64,000 bases of DNA from Mobula hypostoma (lineage: Eukaryota). Location: positions 8,122,001-8,186,000 of the forward strand of contig NC_086120.1 in the NCBI RefSeq assembly GCF_963921235.1, given 5' to 3'. The position numbers were made by a program, and so were the translations under genes. This document shows positions 48,440 through 61,885 of this stretch, in pieces; position 1 is the stretch's first letter; every line of letters starts with the position of its first letter. The notes beneath the pieces were generated by a model. That model was not told the origin of the DNA and did no database searches. It saw only the letters and a program-made list of their open reading frames with translations.

Positions 48440-50190
48440 GGTTAAGCGGAACTGAAGGAAATGGGGGAGATCTTAAATAGTTTTTTTGCATCTGTATTTA
48501 CAAAGGAAACTGGCATGAAGTCTATGGAGTTAAGGAAAACAAGTAGTGAAATCATGAAAACTGTACAGATTGAAAAGGAGGAGGTGCTTGCTTTCTTGAG
48601 GAAAATTAAAGTGGATAAATCCCAGGGACCTGACAGGGTGTTCCCTTGGATCTTGAAGGAGACTAGTGTTGAAATTGCAGGGGCCCTGGCAGAAATATTT
48701 AAAATGTCGCTGTCTACAGGTGAGGTGCTGGAGGATTGTAGAGTGGCTCATGTTGTTCCGTTGTTTAAAAAAGGATCGAAAAGTAACCTGGGAAATTTTA
48801 GGCTGGTAAGTTTAACGTTGGTAGTAGGTAAGTTATTGGAGGGAGTACTAAGGACAGAATCTACAAGCATTTGGATAGACAGGGACTTATTAGGGAGAGT
48901 CAACATGGCTTTGTGCGTGGTAGGTCATGTTTGACCAATTTGTTGGAGTTTTTCGACAAGTTTACCAGGAAAGTGGATGAAGGGAAGGCAGTGGATATTG
49001 TCTACGTGGACTTTAGTAAGGCCTTTGACAAGGTTCCGCAGGGGAGGTTAGTTAGGAAAATTCAGTCGCTAGGTATACATGGAGAGGTGGTAAATTGGAT
49101 TAGACATTGGCTCAATGGTAGAAGCCAAAGAGTGGTGGTAGAGAATTGCTTCTCTGAGTGGAGGCCTGTGACTAGTGGTGTGCCACAGGGATCAGTGCTG
49201 GGTCCATTGTTATTTGTCATCTATATCAATGATCTGGATGATAATATGGTAAATTGGATTAGCAAATTTGCTGATGATACAAAGATTGGAGGTGTAGTAG
49301 ACAGTGAGGAAGGTTTTCAGAGCCTGCAGAGGGACTTGGACAAGCTGGAAAAATGGGCTGAAAAATGGCAGATGGAGTTTAATACAGACAAGTGTGAGGT
49401 ATTGCACATTGGAAGGACAAACCAAGGTAGAACATACAGGGTTATTGGTAAGGCACTGAGGAGTGCAGTAGAGCAGAGGGATCTGGGAATACAGATACAA
49501 AATTCCCTAAAAGTGGTGTCACAGGTAGATAGGGTCGTAAAGAGAGCTTCTGGTACATTGGCCTTTATTAATCAAAGTATTGAGTATAAGAGCTGGAATG
49601 TTATGGTGAGGTTGTATAAGGCATTGGTGAGGTCGAATCTGGAGTATTGTGTTCAGTTTGGTCACCAAATTACAGGAAGGATATCAATAAGGTTGAAAGA
49701 GTGCAGAGAAGGTTTACAAGGATGTTGCCGGTACTTGAGAAACGCAGTTACAGAGAAAGGTTGAATAAGTTAGGACTTTATTCCCTGGAGCGTAGAAGAA
49801 TGAGGGGAGATTTGATAGAGGTATATAAAATTATGATGGGTATAAATAGAATGAATGCAAGCAGGCTTTTTCCACTGAGGCAAGGGGAAATAAAAACCAG
49901 AGGACATGGGTTAAGGATGAGGGGGGAAATGTTTAAAGGGAACATTGGGGGGGGGCTTCTTCACACAGAGAGTGGTGGGAGTATGGAATGAGCTGCCAGA
50001 CGAGGTGGTAAATGAGGGTTTTTTTTTAACATTTAAGAATAAATTGGACAGATACATGGATGGGAGGAGTATGGAGGGATATAGTCCGTGTGCAGGTCAG
50101 TGGGACTAGGCTGAAAATGGTTCGGCACAGCCAAGAAGGGCCAAAAGGCCTGTTTCTGTGCTGTAGTGTTTCTATGGTTTTCTATGGTTT
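48440..50190 (+). mobile_element. 5'-truncated CR1 RT with 3' tail
   Basis: [38 protein letters not shown]; tail ttctatggtttttctatgg. Confidence 0.95.
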
Positions 50191-50199
50191 CATATATCC

Positions 50200-50470
50200 T
50201 TGACATGTACCAGAGCTGATTGTCTGAGGAAGAGATGTTATTACCAATCTGCACAGATTCCAGTTGGAAAGTCAAGGATCCAATTGCAGAGAGAGGTAGG
50301 TAGTACCAGTTTCTGTAGCTTTTCGATGAGGACAGTTGGAATGATTGTGTTAAACACGGGGCGACAGTCAATGAACAACATCCTGACTCAGGTGTTTGTA
50401 TTGTCCAGCCGATCTGAGGCTGCACGCAGAGTCATTGAGTTTGCACCAGCCACACTCCTAATGCGGTGAT
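50200..50470 (-). mobile_element. Rex1/Babar RT fragment
   Basis: Reverse of typical [14 protein letters not shown]...WILDF; gcagagagaggt...gtccagcc pattern. Confidence 0.55.
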
Positions 50471-51479
50471 AGCCAAATTGCACTGAAACGCGACTGTATT
50501 CCATTTAATGCAGAAAGATTATTGTTTGAGGAAAGGATGCAGTGAGTTGGTCCTGCACCAATCAGGTTACAGTATTATAAATTTGCTATGACTAAGCTAT
50601 GAATGGAAGGGGAGGGTTACCTAATACAGTGCAAACGAATTGGCCATTATAAGCCATGTTAACATGATGGAAAGAAACCATTTTTATAATATAATTTTAA
50701 ATATAAAAATTGCCTCATCATTTAAAAAAATGTAGCTTTGGTGCAGCTCAGATCTTCAGCCATCTGTGTGAGAAAATAACAAATATCTGCTGCCCCAGGA
50801 GGAAATGAAGTGTTATTTTAAGGAGAGGATGTTTTGCTTGTAAAACATCAGTTAATATCACTCTGGTCCCATACCCTTTTCAGATTTGCTTAAAAACAAA
50901 TGAACAGCTCTACCAAAGCTGTCAGGACGGATATTGCTTCAGCTTCTGTTCAGTTGTAACCCATCACTTTTGTACAGGTCATGCATTCCCCAGAAGAGAT
51001 CCCAATGGTCTAGAAATCCAAAACTCACCCCCCTCCCCCGCACTAGTTTCTCAGCCATGCATTCATCTGCCAAATCATCCTATTCTTACCCTCACAGGTA
51101 CGTGGCACAGGCAGCAATCTAGACATTTCTACCCTGGATGTCCTACATTTCAGCTTTTTACTGAGCTCTCTAAATTTTCTCTTCAGGATCTTCTCACTGT
51201 TTTTTAACCTATGTCATTGGTGCCAATATCTACCAAGACTTACCGCTGCTCACCTTACCTCTTTAGAATGTCATAGACCCAACCTGAGATGTGCTCATCC
51301 CTGTGACCCAGGAGCAAGAGACCATCTGGGTGTCTCTATTGCATGCACTAAATATGGTGTCCAATCCTCTAAATAAGGAATCTCCTATCACTACTGTGGT
51401 CCTCCTCTCCCCTCTTTGGTGTTGGGACCATTTCCTTTCACATTAAATGTCAATAATTTGGATGTGCAATCAACGGTTG

Positions 51480-52780
51480 TATGGTCAAGTTTGTGGATGA
51501 TGAGAAGATCAGAAGAAGGGCAGGTTATGTTAAAGAAGCAGGATGTTGACAGAAGAACATAGACAGATTAAGAGAATGGGCAAAGAAGTGGCAGATGGAA
51601 TATAGTGTAGAAGTGTATGGTCATGCACTTTGGTTGAAGGAGTAATTGCGTAGACTATTTTGTAAATGGGAAGACTATTCAAAAATCAGAGGTGCAAAGA
51701 GACTTCGGAATCCTCGTGCAGGATTCTTCAAAGTTTAATTTGCAGATTGAGTAAGTTCTATGTAAGTTAAATGCAAAGTTGGCATTCATTTTCAGAGGAT
51801 TTGAACAATAACACAAGTATGCAATGCTGAGGTTTGGAAGGCATTGGTCAGATTACGTTTGGAGTATCGTGAGCAGTCTCAGGCCACTTATCTAAGAATT
51901 GATGTGCTGACATTGGAGAGGGTCCAGAGGAGGTTCATAGTTGTAGGAGTCATGTATCTATTTACCGACTGTATGTATTTTAAATGTATTGCGCATCCTC
52001 ACTCTCGGTTAAGGTACTTTGTCACGTGGGTTTGGGTAACAGTAGAAATAAATAAACAGAGGCACCTGTTCACCGGCATGGCAGCAGAGTGAGGGGGTGA
52101 GTTGGGAATGCAGATTTTTTGTTGACCACTCATCTTTCTTTGATTTGTTCCAGTTACGCTCACCTTGCTTGTCTTTGTTTGAATTTGATATAACTGCACT
52201 TGTCTTGTTCGACTTTGTTTTACATAAGTTAAGGGAGAGTCAAATAATTTTACTGTTGGTTTGTCATAAAGGATTAAACATATTTTTCTGAGTTGGAATT
52301 TAATTATTTGGAAGTATGTCATGTGGTACGATACTCCCTCATATAGCCTCTCAGCAACTTCCAAGTTCGTTTCTAAGCAGTCATGACAATGAAAATGATT
52401 CCAGGAATGAAAGAGTTAACATTGAAGGAGTATTTGCTGGCTCTATGCCTGTACTTGATGGAATTTTGAACAAGGATTTGTGCTCTCATTGAAATCTATC
52501 AAATATGCAAAGGACTAGAAAGTGTGGATGTGTAGAGGATGTTTCCTGAATTGGAGGAGTCAATGACCAGATGGCATAGACTCAGAATACAATGACATCC
52601 TTTGAGGGCAGAGGTGAAGAGTAATTTGCTTAGCCAGAGGTTGATGAACCTGTGGAATCATTGGAACAGAGTGCAGTGGAGGACCACTCATTGGGTATAT
52701 TTAAAACAGAGGTAGATAGATTCTTGATTGGTTTGAGCATAAACAGTTACAGGGACAAGGCAGGGTTAATTCTGCTTCAG
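51480..52780 (+). mobile_element. Decayed CR1 3' part with an unidentified insert of about 450 bp (about 51940-52390)
   Basis: KFVDDEK, LERVQRRF before the insert and aaaatgattccaggaatga after it. Confidence 0.6.
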
Positions 52781-52799
52781 TGTCTTATGGTCATGGTCT

Positions 52800-53460
52800 T
52801 ATTTTGGCTCACAATGTTCTGCAGACCTTTTCAGTTAACCTTCCAAAGTGAATCACCTCACATCCACTGGGTTGAACTCCATCTGTCAATTCTCAGCCCA
52901 GTTCTGCAACCTGTCAAGGTCCAATTACCAACTACAACAATGCTCCACACTCTCCACAACTTCACTAACCTTTTCATCATCAACAATCTTATCAGCCCAC
53001 CCTTTCACTTCCTGATCCAAGTCATTTATAACAAACACAAGGGACAAGGATCCCTGAACAGAACTCTGTGGACTACCGTGGTCACCTACATTCAGGCAGA
53101 AAACTCTCCATCTAAAAGAACCTTCTGAACTCCATTGGCTAGTCAATTCTATATATACATGGCCGGGTTTCCTTGGATCCCATACCTCCTGACTTTCTGA
53201 ATGAGCCAACCATGGAGAACCTCAACACACATTTTACTAAACTCCATATACATTTTTACTGAAGTCCATCACCACCACATCCATTACTCTATCTTCAACA
53301 ATGTGTTTTGTCACACCCTCAAACAATTCATCCAAGCTCATGAGACTTGACTTGATTCTCAGAAAGCCATGCAGGCAATCCACAATCAGACTATGCTTTT
53401 CCAAATGCTGTCTTCAACACTCATAAATACTCTCTTCAAGTATCTGAACAACTTGCAGAG
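52800..53460 (-). mobile_element. Decayed CR1 RT fragment
   Basis: Minus SPQSSVQGSLSLVFVINDLD...KIVDDEK. Confidence 0.65.
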
Positions 53461-53779
53461 TTCCTCCTAATATAGAGCAAAATGCAGAAGCGCAGACACA
53501 AAAACTGAAATAATGATACCATATCAAAATAAATTACTTTAATATTAAGAATTTAATTTTTGGTATACTCATTGAAAATTGCAGTTTTTAATTCATTCAG
53601 TTTGAAACTATCCATTGGAATACAAACTCCGAATGGCTTTCACAAGCATTGAAGAACATCCTTTAGTCAATATTACATGTTGCATTGAATCCCAGTCACT
53701 TACAACCTATCAATCCTTTATCCTTTTTATTGTGATCAAATAACTTTCTAAAACTGGATAACCCATTATAGGTCCAATC

Positions 53780-53955
53780 ACAAACAAGAGAAAATCTGCA
53801 AATGCTGGAAATCAAAGCAACACACACAAAATGGTGGATGATCTCAGCAGACCAGGGAGCATCCATCTTTCATTCCCTCCTTCTGTACAACTCTCCTTCT
53901 CCGTCTCTCTTTCTCTCTCCCTCTCTCCCTCTCTCCCTCTTTCCCTCCCTTCCCC
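53780..53955. repeat. Penelope-like pLTR end (-) followed by a (CT)-rich microsatellite
   Basis: gagaaaatctgcaaatgctggaaatcaaagcaacacac; ctctctcc run at 53880-53955. Confidence 0.7.
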
Positions 53956-55084
53956 CACTTTTAATTTGTTTGGTTCAATGAGTTTAAGCTCAAACTTTCC
54001 CAAATTTCTGCAAAACTTTAAAGCAACACATCTTTGATTTCAATGGAAAACAAACAAACTTCGAAAATGCAATGGGGATGGATTCATTGTTAGCCATCGA
54101 ATCAATCAGCATCAATCACCGTTTCTTTCGCCCAGGTTTCAGTTAATAAATCTGTGAAGTGATTCAGCCAACTGACATGGAACAATTTGTGAGGCAGTTG
54201 TTGTTCTGACTGCCACAGAAGGAAAGCCCCAGAGATATTGTCACTTTAACAGCCAAGTGTCTTAAAGTACAATTGGCTAGAACAGAAACTGTGATATTTG
54301 AGTAGAAAGACAGATGTAAATGTCTTGTCTCAGTTCTGGGCCATCCCTCTCCTTAAAATAACATCTCATTTCCTGTTGTTGCCACAGATGTTCGTTAATT
54401 TCGCACCCTGAACAACACAAAAGGTCCTTTTTCAATTTTTGTTTTAAATTGGAAAATTTAAATTATTTGCTTCTTCTATTTTAACACAGCTCAATAATGG
54501 CCAATTTCTCATGGAGTTCTTTCTCACTGGATTCATGTCTTGTCCTTCTCCATTCATAATTTAATCCAAATTGATTAAGTTGATTTGTATTCTGTCAATT
54601 GATTGGTGCAGTACCAACTCTCTGCAGCCATGCCTTAAAAATCTTTTTCTGTACTATAATGAGTGCAGCCGACCCCCACCCCCCATGTCCTTATTTTATT
54701 TGAAGTAGTGAATAATTTCATGATAAATTTTGTCTATGCATAGAATATGAACATATTAGTATTTTACTGTTCATTGATAACAAGTTTGAATGTGGTAGTC
54801 AATGGCATGAATGCATCAGTATCATTGACAATATCATTCCCGAGATTCTGAGTAGCTTAATTCACAGCTGAAATACTGAAAATAAACACACAGTAATTAT
54901 GTATGATGTATAATTGAAATATTCACTGACATTTTTGCATCATGTTTCTGTTTTAAATATTTTGCAGACAGCACTCTGACATGAAGGGTATTTTCCAAAC
55001 AGCTGCAGTGATGTGGACCACAAATTACAAACAGGAAATAGAAAAGGTTTGTCAGAAGGGCAGTGTTATTAGAATTGTGTGGGA

Positions 55085-56030
55085 TTTTACCATGTGAGTG
55101 GATTGGGAAAATCAGGTCGGCACTGGATCTCAAGAGAGAGAATTGGTAGAATGTTTGCGAGATGGCTTTTTAGAACAGCTTGTTGTTGAGCCCACTAGGG
55201 GATCAGCTGTACTGGATTCTGTATTGTGTAATGAACCGGAGGTGATTAGAGAGATTGAGCTGAAGGAACACTTTGGAGACAGTGACCATAACATGAATCA
55301 GTTCACTGTGAAATTTGAAAAAAAGAAGCCGAAATCCAATGTGTCGGTATTTCAGTGGAGTAAAGGAAATTATAGTGGCACGCGAGAGGAACTGGCCAAA
55401 GTTGACTGGAAAGGGACACTGGCATGAAGGATGGCAGAGCAGAGTTGCTGGAGTTTATGTGAGAAGTGAGGAAGGTGCAAGACAGGTATATTCCAAAAAA
55501 GAAGAAATTTTCGAATGGAAAAAGGATGCAACCGTGGCTGATAAGAGAAGTCAAAGCCAAAGTTAAAGCAAAGGAGAGGCCATACAAGGAAGCAAAAATT
55601 ATTGGGGAGACAGAGGATTAGAAGCATGAGGGGGGACCTCATAGAAACATTTTGAGTGTTGGAGGCCATGGACAGAGCGGATGTGGCAAAGTTGTTTCCC
55701 ATGATGGGGGAGTCTAGTGCCAGAGGGCATGACTTAAGGATTGAAGAGCGCCCATTCAGAACTGAGATGCGAAGAAATTTTTTTTAGCCAGAGGGTGGTG
55801 AATCTATGAAATTTGTTGCCACGGGCGGCAGTGGAGGCCAAGTCATTGGGTGTATTTGGGTGTATTTAAGGCAGAGATTGATAGGTATCTGAGTAGCCAG
55901 GGCATCAAAGGTTATGTTGAGAAGGCGGGGTAGTGGGACTAAATGGGAGAATGGATCAGCTCATAATAAAATGGCGGAGCAGACTCAATGGGCTGAATGG
56001 CCGACTTCAGCTCCTTTGTCTTATGATCTT
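55085..56030 (+). mobile_element. Internally deleted CR1 (post-endonuclease region joined to the 3' UTR)
   Basis: FLEQLVVEPTRG...GDSDHN; jumps to gacctcatagaaac...ttttagccagagggtggtg. Confidence 0.85.
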
Positions 56031-56089
56031 ATGGACATTAATAGTGCACCACTGATGTCATGCTTCCTACACATTCCTTCAATCGGATA

Positions 56090-57560
56090 AGCTGGTGGAT
56101 GGTGCCGGAGGATTGGCGTATTGCTCATGTGTTTCCATTGTTTAAAAAGGGTTCTAAGAGTAAACCTGGGAATTATCGGCCTGTGCGTTTGACATCAGTG
56201 GTGGGTAAATTGATGGAAAGTATTCTTAGAGATGGTATATATAATTATCTGGATAGACAGAGTCTGATTAGGAACAGTCAACATGGACTTGTGTCTGGAA
56301 AGTCATGTTTGACAAATCTTATTGAATTTTTTGATGAGGTTACTAAGAAAGTTGACGAGGGTAAAGTGGTGGATGTAGTCTATATGGTCTTCAGTAAGGC
56401 CTTTGACAAGGTTCCACAAGGAAGGTTAGTTAGGAAGGTTCAATCATTAGGCATTAATATGTAAGTCGTAAAATGGATTCAGCAGAGCCTGGATGGGAGA
56501 CGCCAGAGAGTAGAGGTGGATAACTGTGTGCCAGATTGGAGGATGGTGCGTAGCAGTGTGCCTCAGGGATCTGTACTGGAGCCAATGTTGTTTGTCACAT
56601 ATATCTGAATGATCTGGATGATGGGGTGGTAATTTGGATTAGTGAGTATGCAGATGATACTAAGATAGCTGGTATTGTAGATGATGAGGTAGGTTTTCAA
56701 AGCTTGCAGAAAGATTTAGGACAGTTGGAACAGTGGGATGAAAGATGGCAGATGGAGTTTAATGCTGAAAAATGTGAGGTGCGACATTTCGGTAGGACTA
56801 GTCAAAATAGGACATACATGGTAAATGGTAGGGCATTGAAGAATGCTGTAGAACAGAGGGATCTAGGAATAATGGTGCATAGTTCCCTGAAGGTGGAATC
56901 TCATGTGGATAGGGTGGTGAAGAAAGGTTTTGGTATACTGGCCTTTATTAATCAGAGCATTGAGTATAGGAGTTGGAATGTAACGTTGAAATTGTGTAAG
57001 GCATTGGTAAGGCCAAATTTGGAGTATTGTGTACAGTTTTGGTCACCGAATTATAGGAAAGATGTCAATAAAATTGAGCAAGTACAGAGGAGATTTACCA
57101 AAATGTTGCCTGGGTTTCATCTCCTAAGTTACAGAGAAAGGTTGAACAAGTTAGGTGTTTATTCTTTGGAGTGTAGAAGGTTGAGGGGGGACTTGATAGA
57201 GGTATTTAAAATTACGAAAGGGATTGATAGAGTTGACATGGATAGGCTTTTTCCATTGAGAGTGGGGAAGATTAAAACAAGAGGACATGAGTTGAGAAGT
57301 AAAGGACAAAAGTTTAGGGGTAACACGAGGGGGAACTTCTTTACTCAGAGAGTCGTAGCTGGGTGGAATGAGCTTCAAGCAGAAGTGGTTGAGACAGGTA
57401 TGGTGTTGTCTTTTAAAGTTAAATTGGATAGCTATATTGACAGGAAAGGAATGGAGGGTTATGGGCTGAGTGCAGGTCGGTGGGACTAGTAGAGAGTAAG
57501 AGTTCAGCACAGACTAGAAGGGGAAGATGGCCTTTTTTCCATGGTGTAATTGTTACATGG
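56090..57560 (+). mobile_element. 5'-truncated CR1 RT with 3' tail
   Basis: NYRPVRLTSVVGK, YADDTK, NLEYCVQFW. Confidence 0.93.
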
Positions 57561-58814
57561 TTATATGGATATAAGACCATAAGAACATCAAATTTAGAAG
57601 CAGAATTAGGCCATTTGGTGCATCAAGTCCACTCCACTATTTCATCTTGGATAATCCAATTTTTCTGTCTGCCCAATCTCCTGACTTCTCTGCATCTCCT
57701 TCATGCCCTCACTAATCACCAATGTATCAACCCATGCCTTAGATATACATAACAACGCCTGTGGCAAAGAATCCCACAGATTCACCAATATCTGGCTAAA
57801 GAAATTCCTTCCCATCTCCATGCTAAAAGGACACCCCTCTATTCTGAGCCTGTGTCCTCTGGTCTTTGACTCTCACATACACGATCAAGGCCTTTCACCA
57901 TTCAATAGATTTCAATAAGGCCATCCCTCATTCTCCTGAATTCCAGTGAACGCAGGTGCAGAGCCATCAAACGCTCTGCATATGAACTGACATCATTTTT
58001 GTGAACCCCCTTTAAAACTTCTCTAGTTTCAACATATCCTTTCTAAGATAAGGGGCCCCAAGCTGCTCACAATATGCTAAATGAGGCCTCACCTGTGATT
58101 TATCAAAATTGCCTCCCTGCTTTTAGATTGCAGTCCTTTTGAAATGAATGCTAACATTAATTTGCCTTCCTCACCAAAGATGCAACGTGCAAATTAACCT
58201 TTAGGGAATCTTGCTCAGTGACTCCCAAATCCCTTTGCACCTCAGTTTCTTTGTATTTTCTATCCATTTAGAAAATAGTCAACCGTTACATTTCTTCTAC
58301 CAAAGTGTAGGACCATATAGTTCCTAAGACTTTATTGCAACTACTATTTCTTTAACCAGTCTCTGAATCAGTCCAAGTCCTTCTCTAGCTTCTGTACTTG
58401 CTCAAATATACATGCCACTCCTCCCATCTTCATACTGTATGCAAACTTTACAACAACACCAATAATTCCAGCCTCCAAATCATTGACATATATCGTAAAA
58501 AGAATCGGTCCCAACAGAAACCCCCGTGGAGCACCACTAGTCCCCAGTAGCCAGCAAGAAAAGGCTGCCTTTAATGCAACTCTTTGTCTCGTGCCAACTA
58601 GCCACTGATTTATCCATGTTAGAATGCTTCCTGTAATACAATGACTTCATAGCTTGTTAAAGATCCTTATGTGTGGCACCTTGTTTAAGGCCTTCTGAAA
58701 ATCCAAGCGCACAACATCAACTGATTTACCATTCTCTATCCTACCTGTTATTTCCCCAAAGAATTCCAACAGATTTGTCAGGCAACATTTTCCCTTAATG
58801 AAACCATTCTCACT
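57560..58814 (-). mobile_element. Decayed CR1 3' part; 58050-58814 is paralogous to 3188-3953
   Basis: Tail ataagaccataag; contains the same FAYSMK decay as the 3.5-kb copy. Confidence 0.88.
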
Positions 58815-61548
58815 TTCTTGGAACGTGCCTCCGTCGCCAACTTACTCCAGTTGGCTTTAGGATTCGTTTCCAAGCCTCTCAATTTGGACCTTCTGAGGAT
58901 CCCAGGTACTCACATTTTATTGACTCTGCCTCTCGCCGCTTCTCCCGTCAAGCTCTGAAGGCGACTCTCTCCGCCATGAGGAGGTACTTGGTGTCCCTAT
59001 CCCAGACCCTTCCACACCTTCGGGACACTTTCTTCGCCGTCTGTTATGGTCCTACCCGTTATTTCATCCTCCGTCGGATTCACGCCTGCAATCGCCGTTT
59101 TTTTTGACTTTGTCATGTTAGGCAAAGATCGCAAGATCCTACATCTACGGACTCCAGAGCCTGCTGGCCCTGAAACTAGCAGGCATGAACTTCAGATTGC
59201 GGCACCTGCCATTGATCTCGCCGGCTCCAACACCTCAGGGCATATTCAAAACCCGGACTCCAGCAACGACCATGGACACCTTCACAGCGATTGCGCAACC
59301 ACCAACTGCGACTCCAGCCTTGAACTCCAGGCCGGGTCTTTATGTGCTGCTATTGTGACTCCCGTCTCCATTTCCCCCACCAATACTCTGCAATCCCGTC
59401 TCCCTCAGATCCCACCGTCAGCTCCTGGGTACTCAGAGGCTCCATCTTCCTCTCACCCCACCATCCCCTCTCCATTGACACCCCCAGCCTCCCCCCTCCC
59501 GCCTCTGATCCCAGCTCTCAAGATTCCAGCCTTGAGCTCCAGGCCGAGTCTTCAAGTGCTGCTGTTGTGACTCCCGTTTCCCCTTCCCCCACCACCACTC
59601 CGCAGCCCCGTCTTCCTCAGATCCCACCGTCAACTCCTGGGCCCTCGGAGGCTCCATCTTCCTCTCACCCCAACCCTCCCCTCTCCATTGACACACCCAG
59701 CCTCCCCCCTCCCCCCTCTGATCCCAGCTCTCATCCGTGCCGGGTCTTTACCATCCCCTCCGACCTTCAACTGTCGGAGGCAGAACGCTCTGTTCTCAGT
59801 AAGGGCCTCACGTTTGTCCCCCTTCGCCCACACCTCAGCGAGTTCCGTGTTCGCCATGATGCGGAACTTTTCTTCCGCCGTCTCCGTCTCCGTCTCCGAG
59901 CCTACTTCTTCGGCAAGGACTCTTCCACCCCCACCGATGACCCCTTCTCCCGTCTTCAACCCTCCTCTTCTTCATGGACACCCTGCTCTGGTCTTCTGCC
60001 TGCTCTGGATCTCTTTATTGCCAACTGCCGACGGGACATCAACCGTCTCGACTTCACCGCACCTTGTCCCCATTCCAACCTCACTCCTTCGGAACGCTCT
60101 GCTCTCCACTCCCTTCGCACTAATCCTAACATTATTATTAAACCTGCTGATAAAGGGGGTGCTGTTGTAGTCTGGCGTACTGACCTCTACCTTGCCGAGG
60201 CACAGCGACAACTCGCGGATACCTCTTCTTATTTACCCCTCGATCGTGACCCCACTAAGGAGCACAAGGCCATTGTCTGCCACACTATTAACGACTTTAT
60301 CCGCTCAGGGGATCTCCCATCCACTGCTACCAACCTTATAGTTCCCACACCCCGCACTTCCCGTTTCTAACTCCTACCCAAGATCCACAAACCTGCCTGT
60401 CCTGGCCGACCTATTGTCTCAGCTTGCTCCTGCCCCACCGAACTCATTTCTGCATACCTCGACACTGTTTTATCACCCCTTGTTCAATCCCTTCCTACCT
60501 ATGTTCGTGACACTTCTCACGCTCTTAAACTTTTCGATGATTTTAAGTTCCCTGGCCCCCACCGCTTAATTTTCACCATGGATGTCCAGTCCTTATATAC
60601 TTCCATCCCCCATCAGGAAGGTCTCAAAGCTCTACGCTTCTTTTTGGATTCCAGACCTAATCAGTTCCCCTCTACCACCACTCTGCTCCGTCTAGCGGAA
60701 TTAGTCCTTACTCTTAATAATTTCTCCTTTGGCTCCTCCCACTTCCTCCAAACTAAAGGTGTAGCTATGGGCACCCGTAAGGGTCCTAGCTATGCCTGCC
60801 TTTTTGTTGGATTTGTGGAACAATCTATGTTCCGTGCCTATTCTGGTATCTGTCCCCCACTTTTCCTTCGCTACATCGACGACTGCATTGGTGCTGCTTC
60901 CTGCACGCATGCAGAACTCGTTGACTTTATTAACTTTGCCTCCAACTTTCACCCTGCCCTCAAGTTTACCTGGTCCATTTCCGACACCTCCCTCCTCTTT
61001 CTAGATCTTTCTGTCTCTGTCTCTGGAGACAACTTATCCACTGATGTCTACTATAAGCCTACTGACTCTCACAGCTATCTGGACTATTCCTCTTCTCACC
61101 CTGTCTCTTGCAAAAACGCCATCCCCTTCTCGCAATTCCTCCGTCTCCGCCGCATGTGCTCTCAGGATGAGGTTTTTCATTCTAGGACGAGGGAGATGTC
61201 TTCCTTTTTTAAAGAAAGGGGTTTCCCTTCCTCCACTATCAACTCTGCTCTTAAACGCATCTCCCCCATTTCACGTACATCTGCTCTCACTCCATCTTCC
61301 CGTCACCCCACTAGGAATAGGGTTCACCTGGTCCTCACCTACCACCCCACCAGCCTCCAGGTCCAACATATTATTCTCCGTAACTTCCGCCACCTCCAAT
61401 GGGATCCCACCACTAAGCACATCTTTCCCTCCCCCCCCCCTGCATTCCGCAGGGATCGCTCCCTACGCAACTCCCTTGTCCATTCGTCCCTCCCATCCCT
61501 CCCCACTGATCTCCCTCCTGGCACTTATCCGTGTAAGCGGAACAAGTG
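58815..61548 (+). mobile_element. Penelope-like element, RT ORF with one premature stop, GIY-YIG domain missing
   Basis: ORFs 59342..60370 and 60578..61603 share a frame. Motifs IKPADKGG, RF*LLPKIHK, MDVQSLYTSIP, GVAMGT, LRYIDDC. It ends at YPCKRNKC. Confidence 0.93.
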
Positions 61549-61885
61549 TCAATTGTGGAGCACATTATATCCAGTAACCTTAATTCTGCTATTTAGCTTT
61601 TAATTGTGAAGTGAAAATATGATTAGTCTTAAACTTAGACAGAGCAAGTTTTGGAGGGATAAGGCTAAATCTTAGCAAGGTCAATTGAGCGAGACTGCTT
61701 GCTGGAAATGGGACAAATGTCACACGAAAAGTTTATAAAAGTGCAACATCAAGTGTCCCGATATGGTGTATTTCTGCTGGAATGCAAGGCAAGGCTGGCA
61801 AGTGTTGGGAATCTCAGCTGACCAATGTTATTAGGCTCTGATCATGGAAAGGGAGGCATACATTCAGTCTATGAACAACAAGTGA

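Noticed and set aside
54000-55085. AT-rich, apparently unique stretch (also 13380-14040 and 50480-50900)
   Set aside because: No exon structure, RNA gene or repeat motif that I can support; it would need a conservation search.
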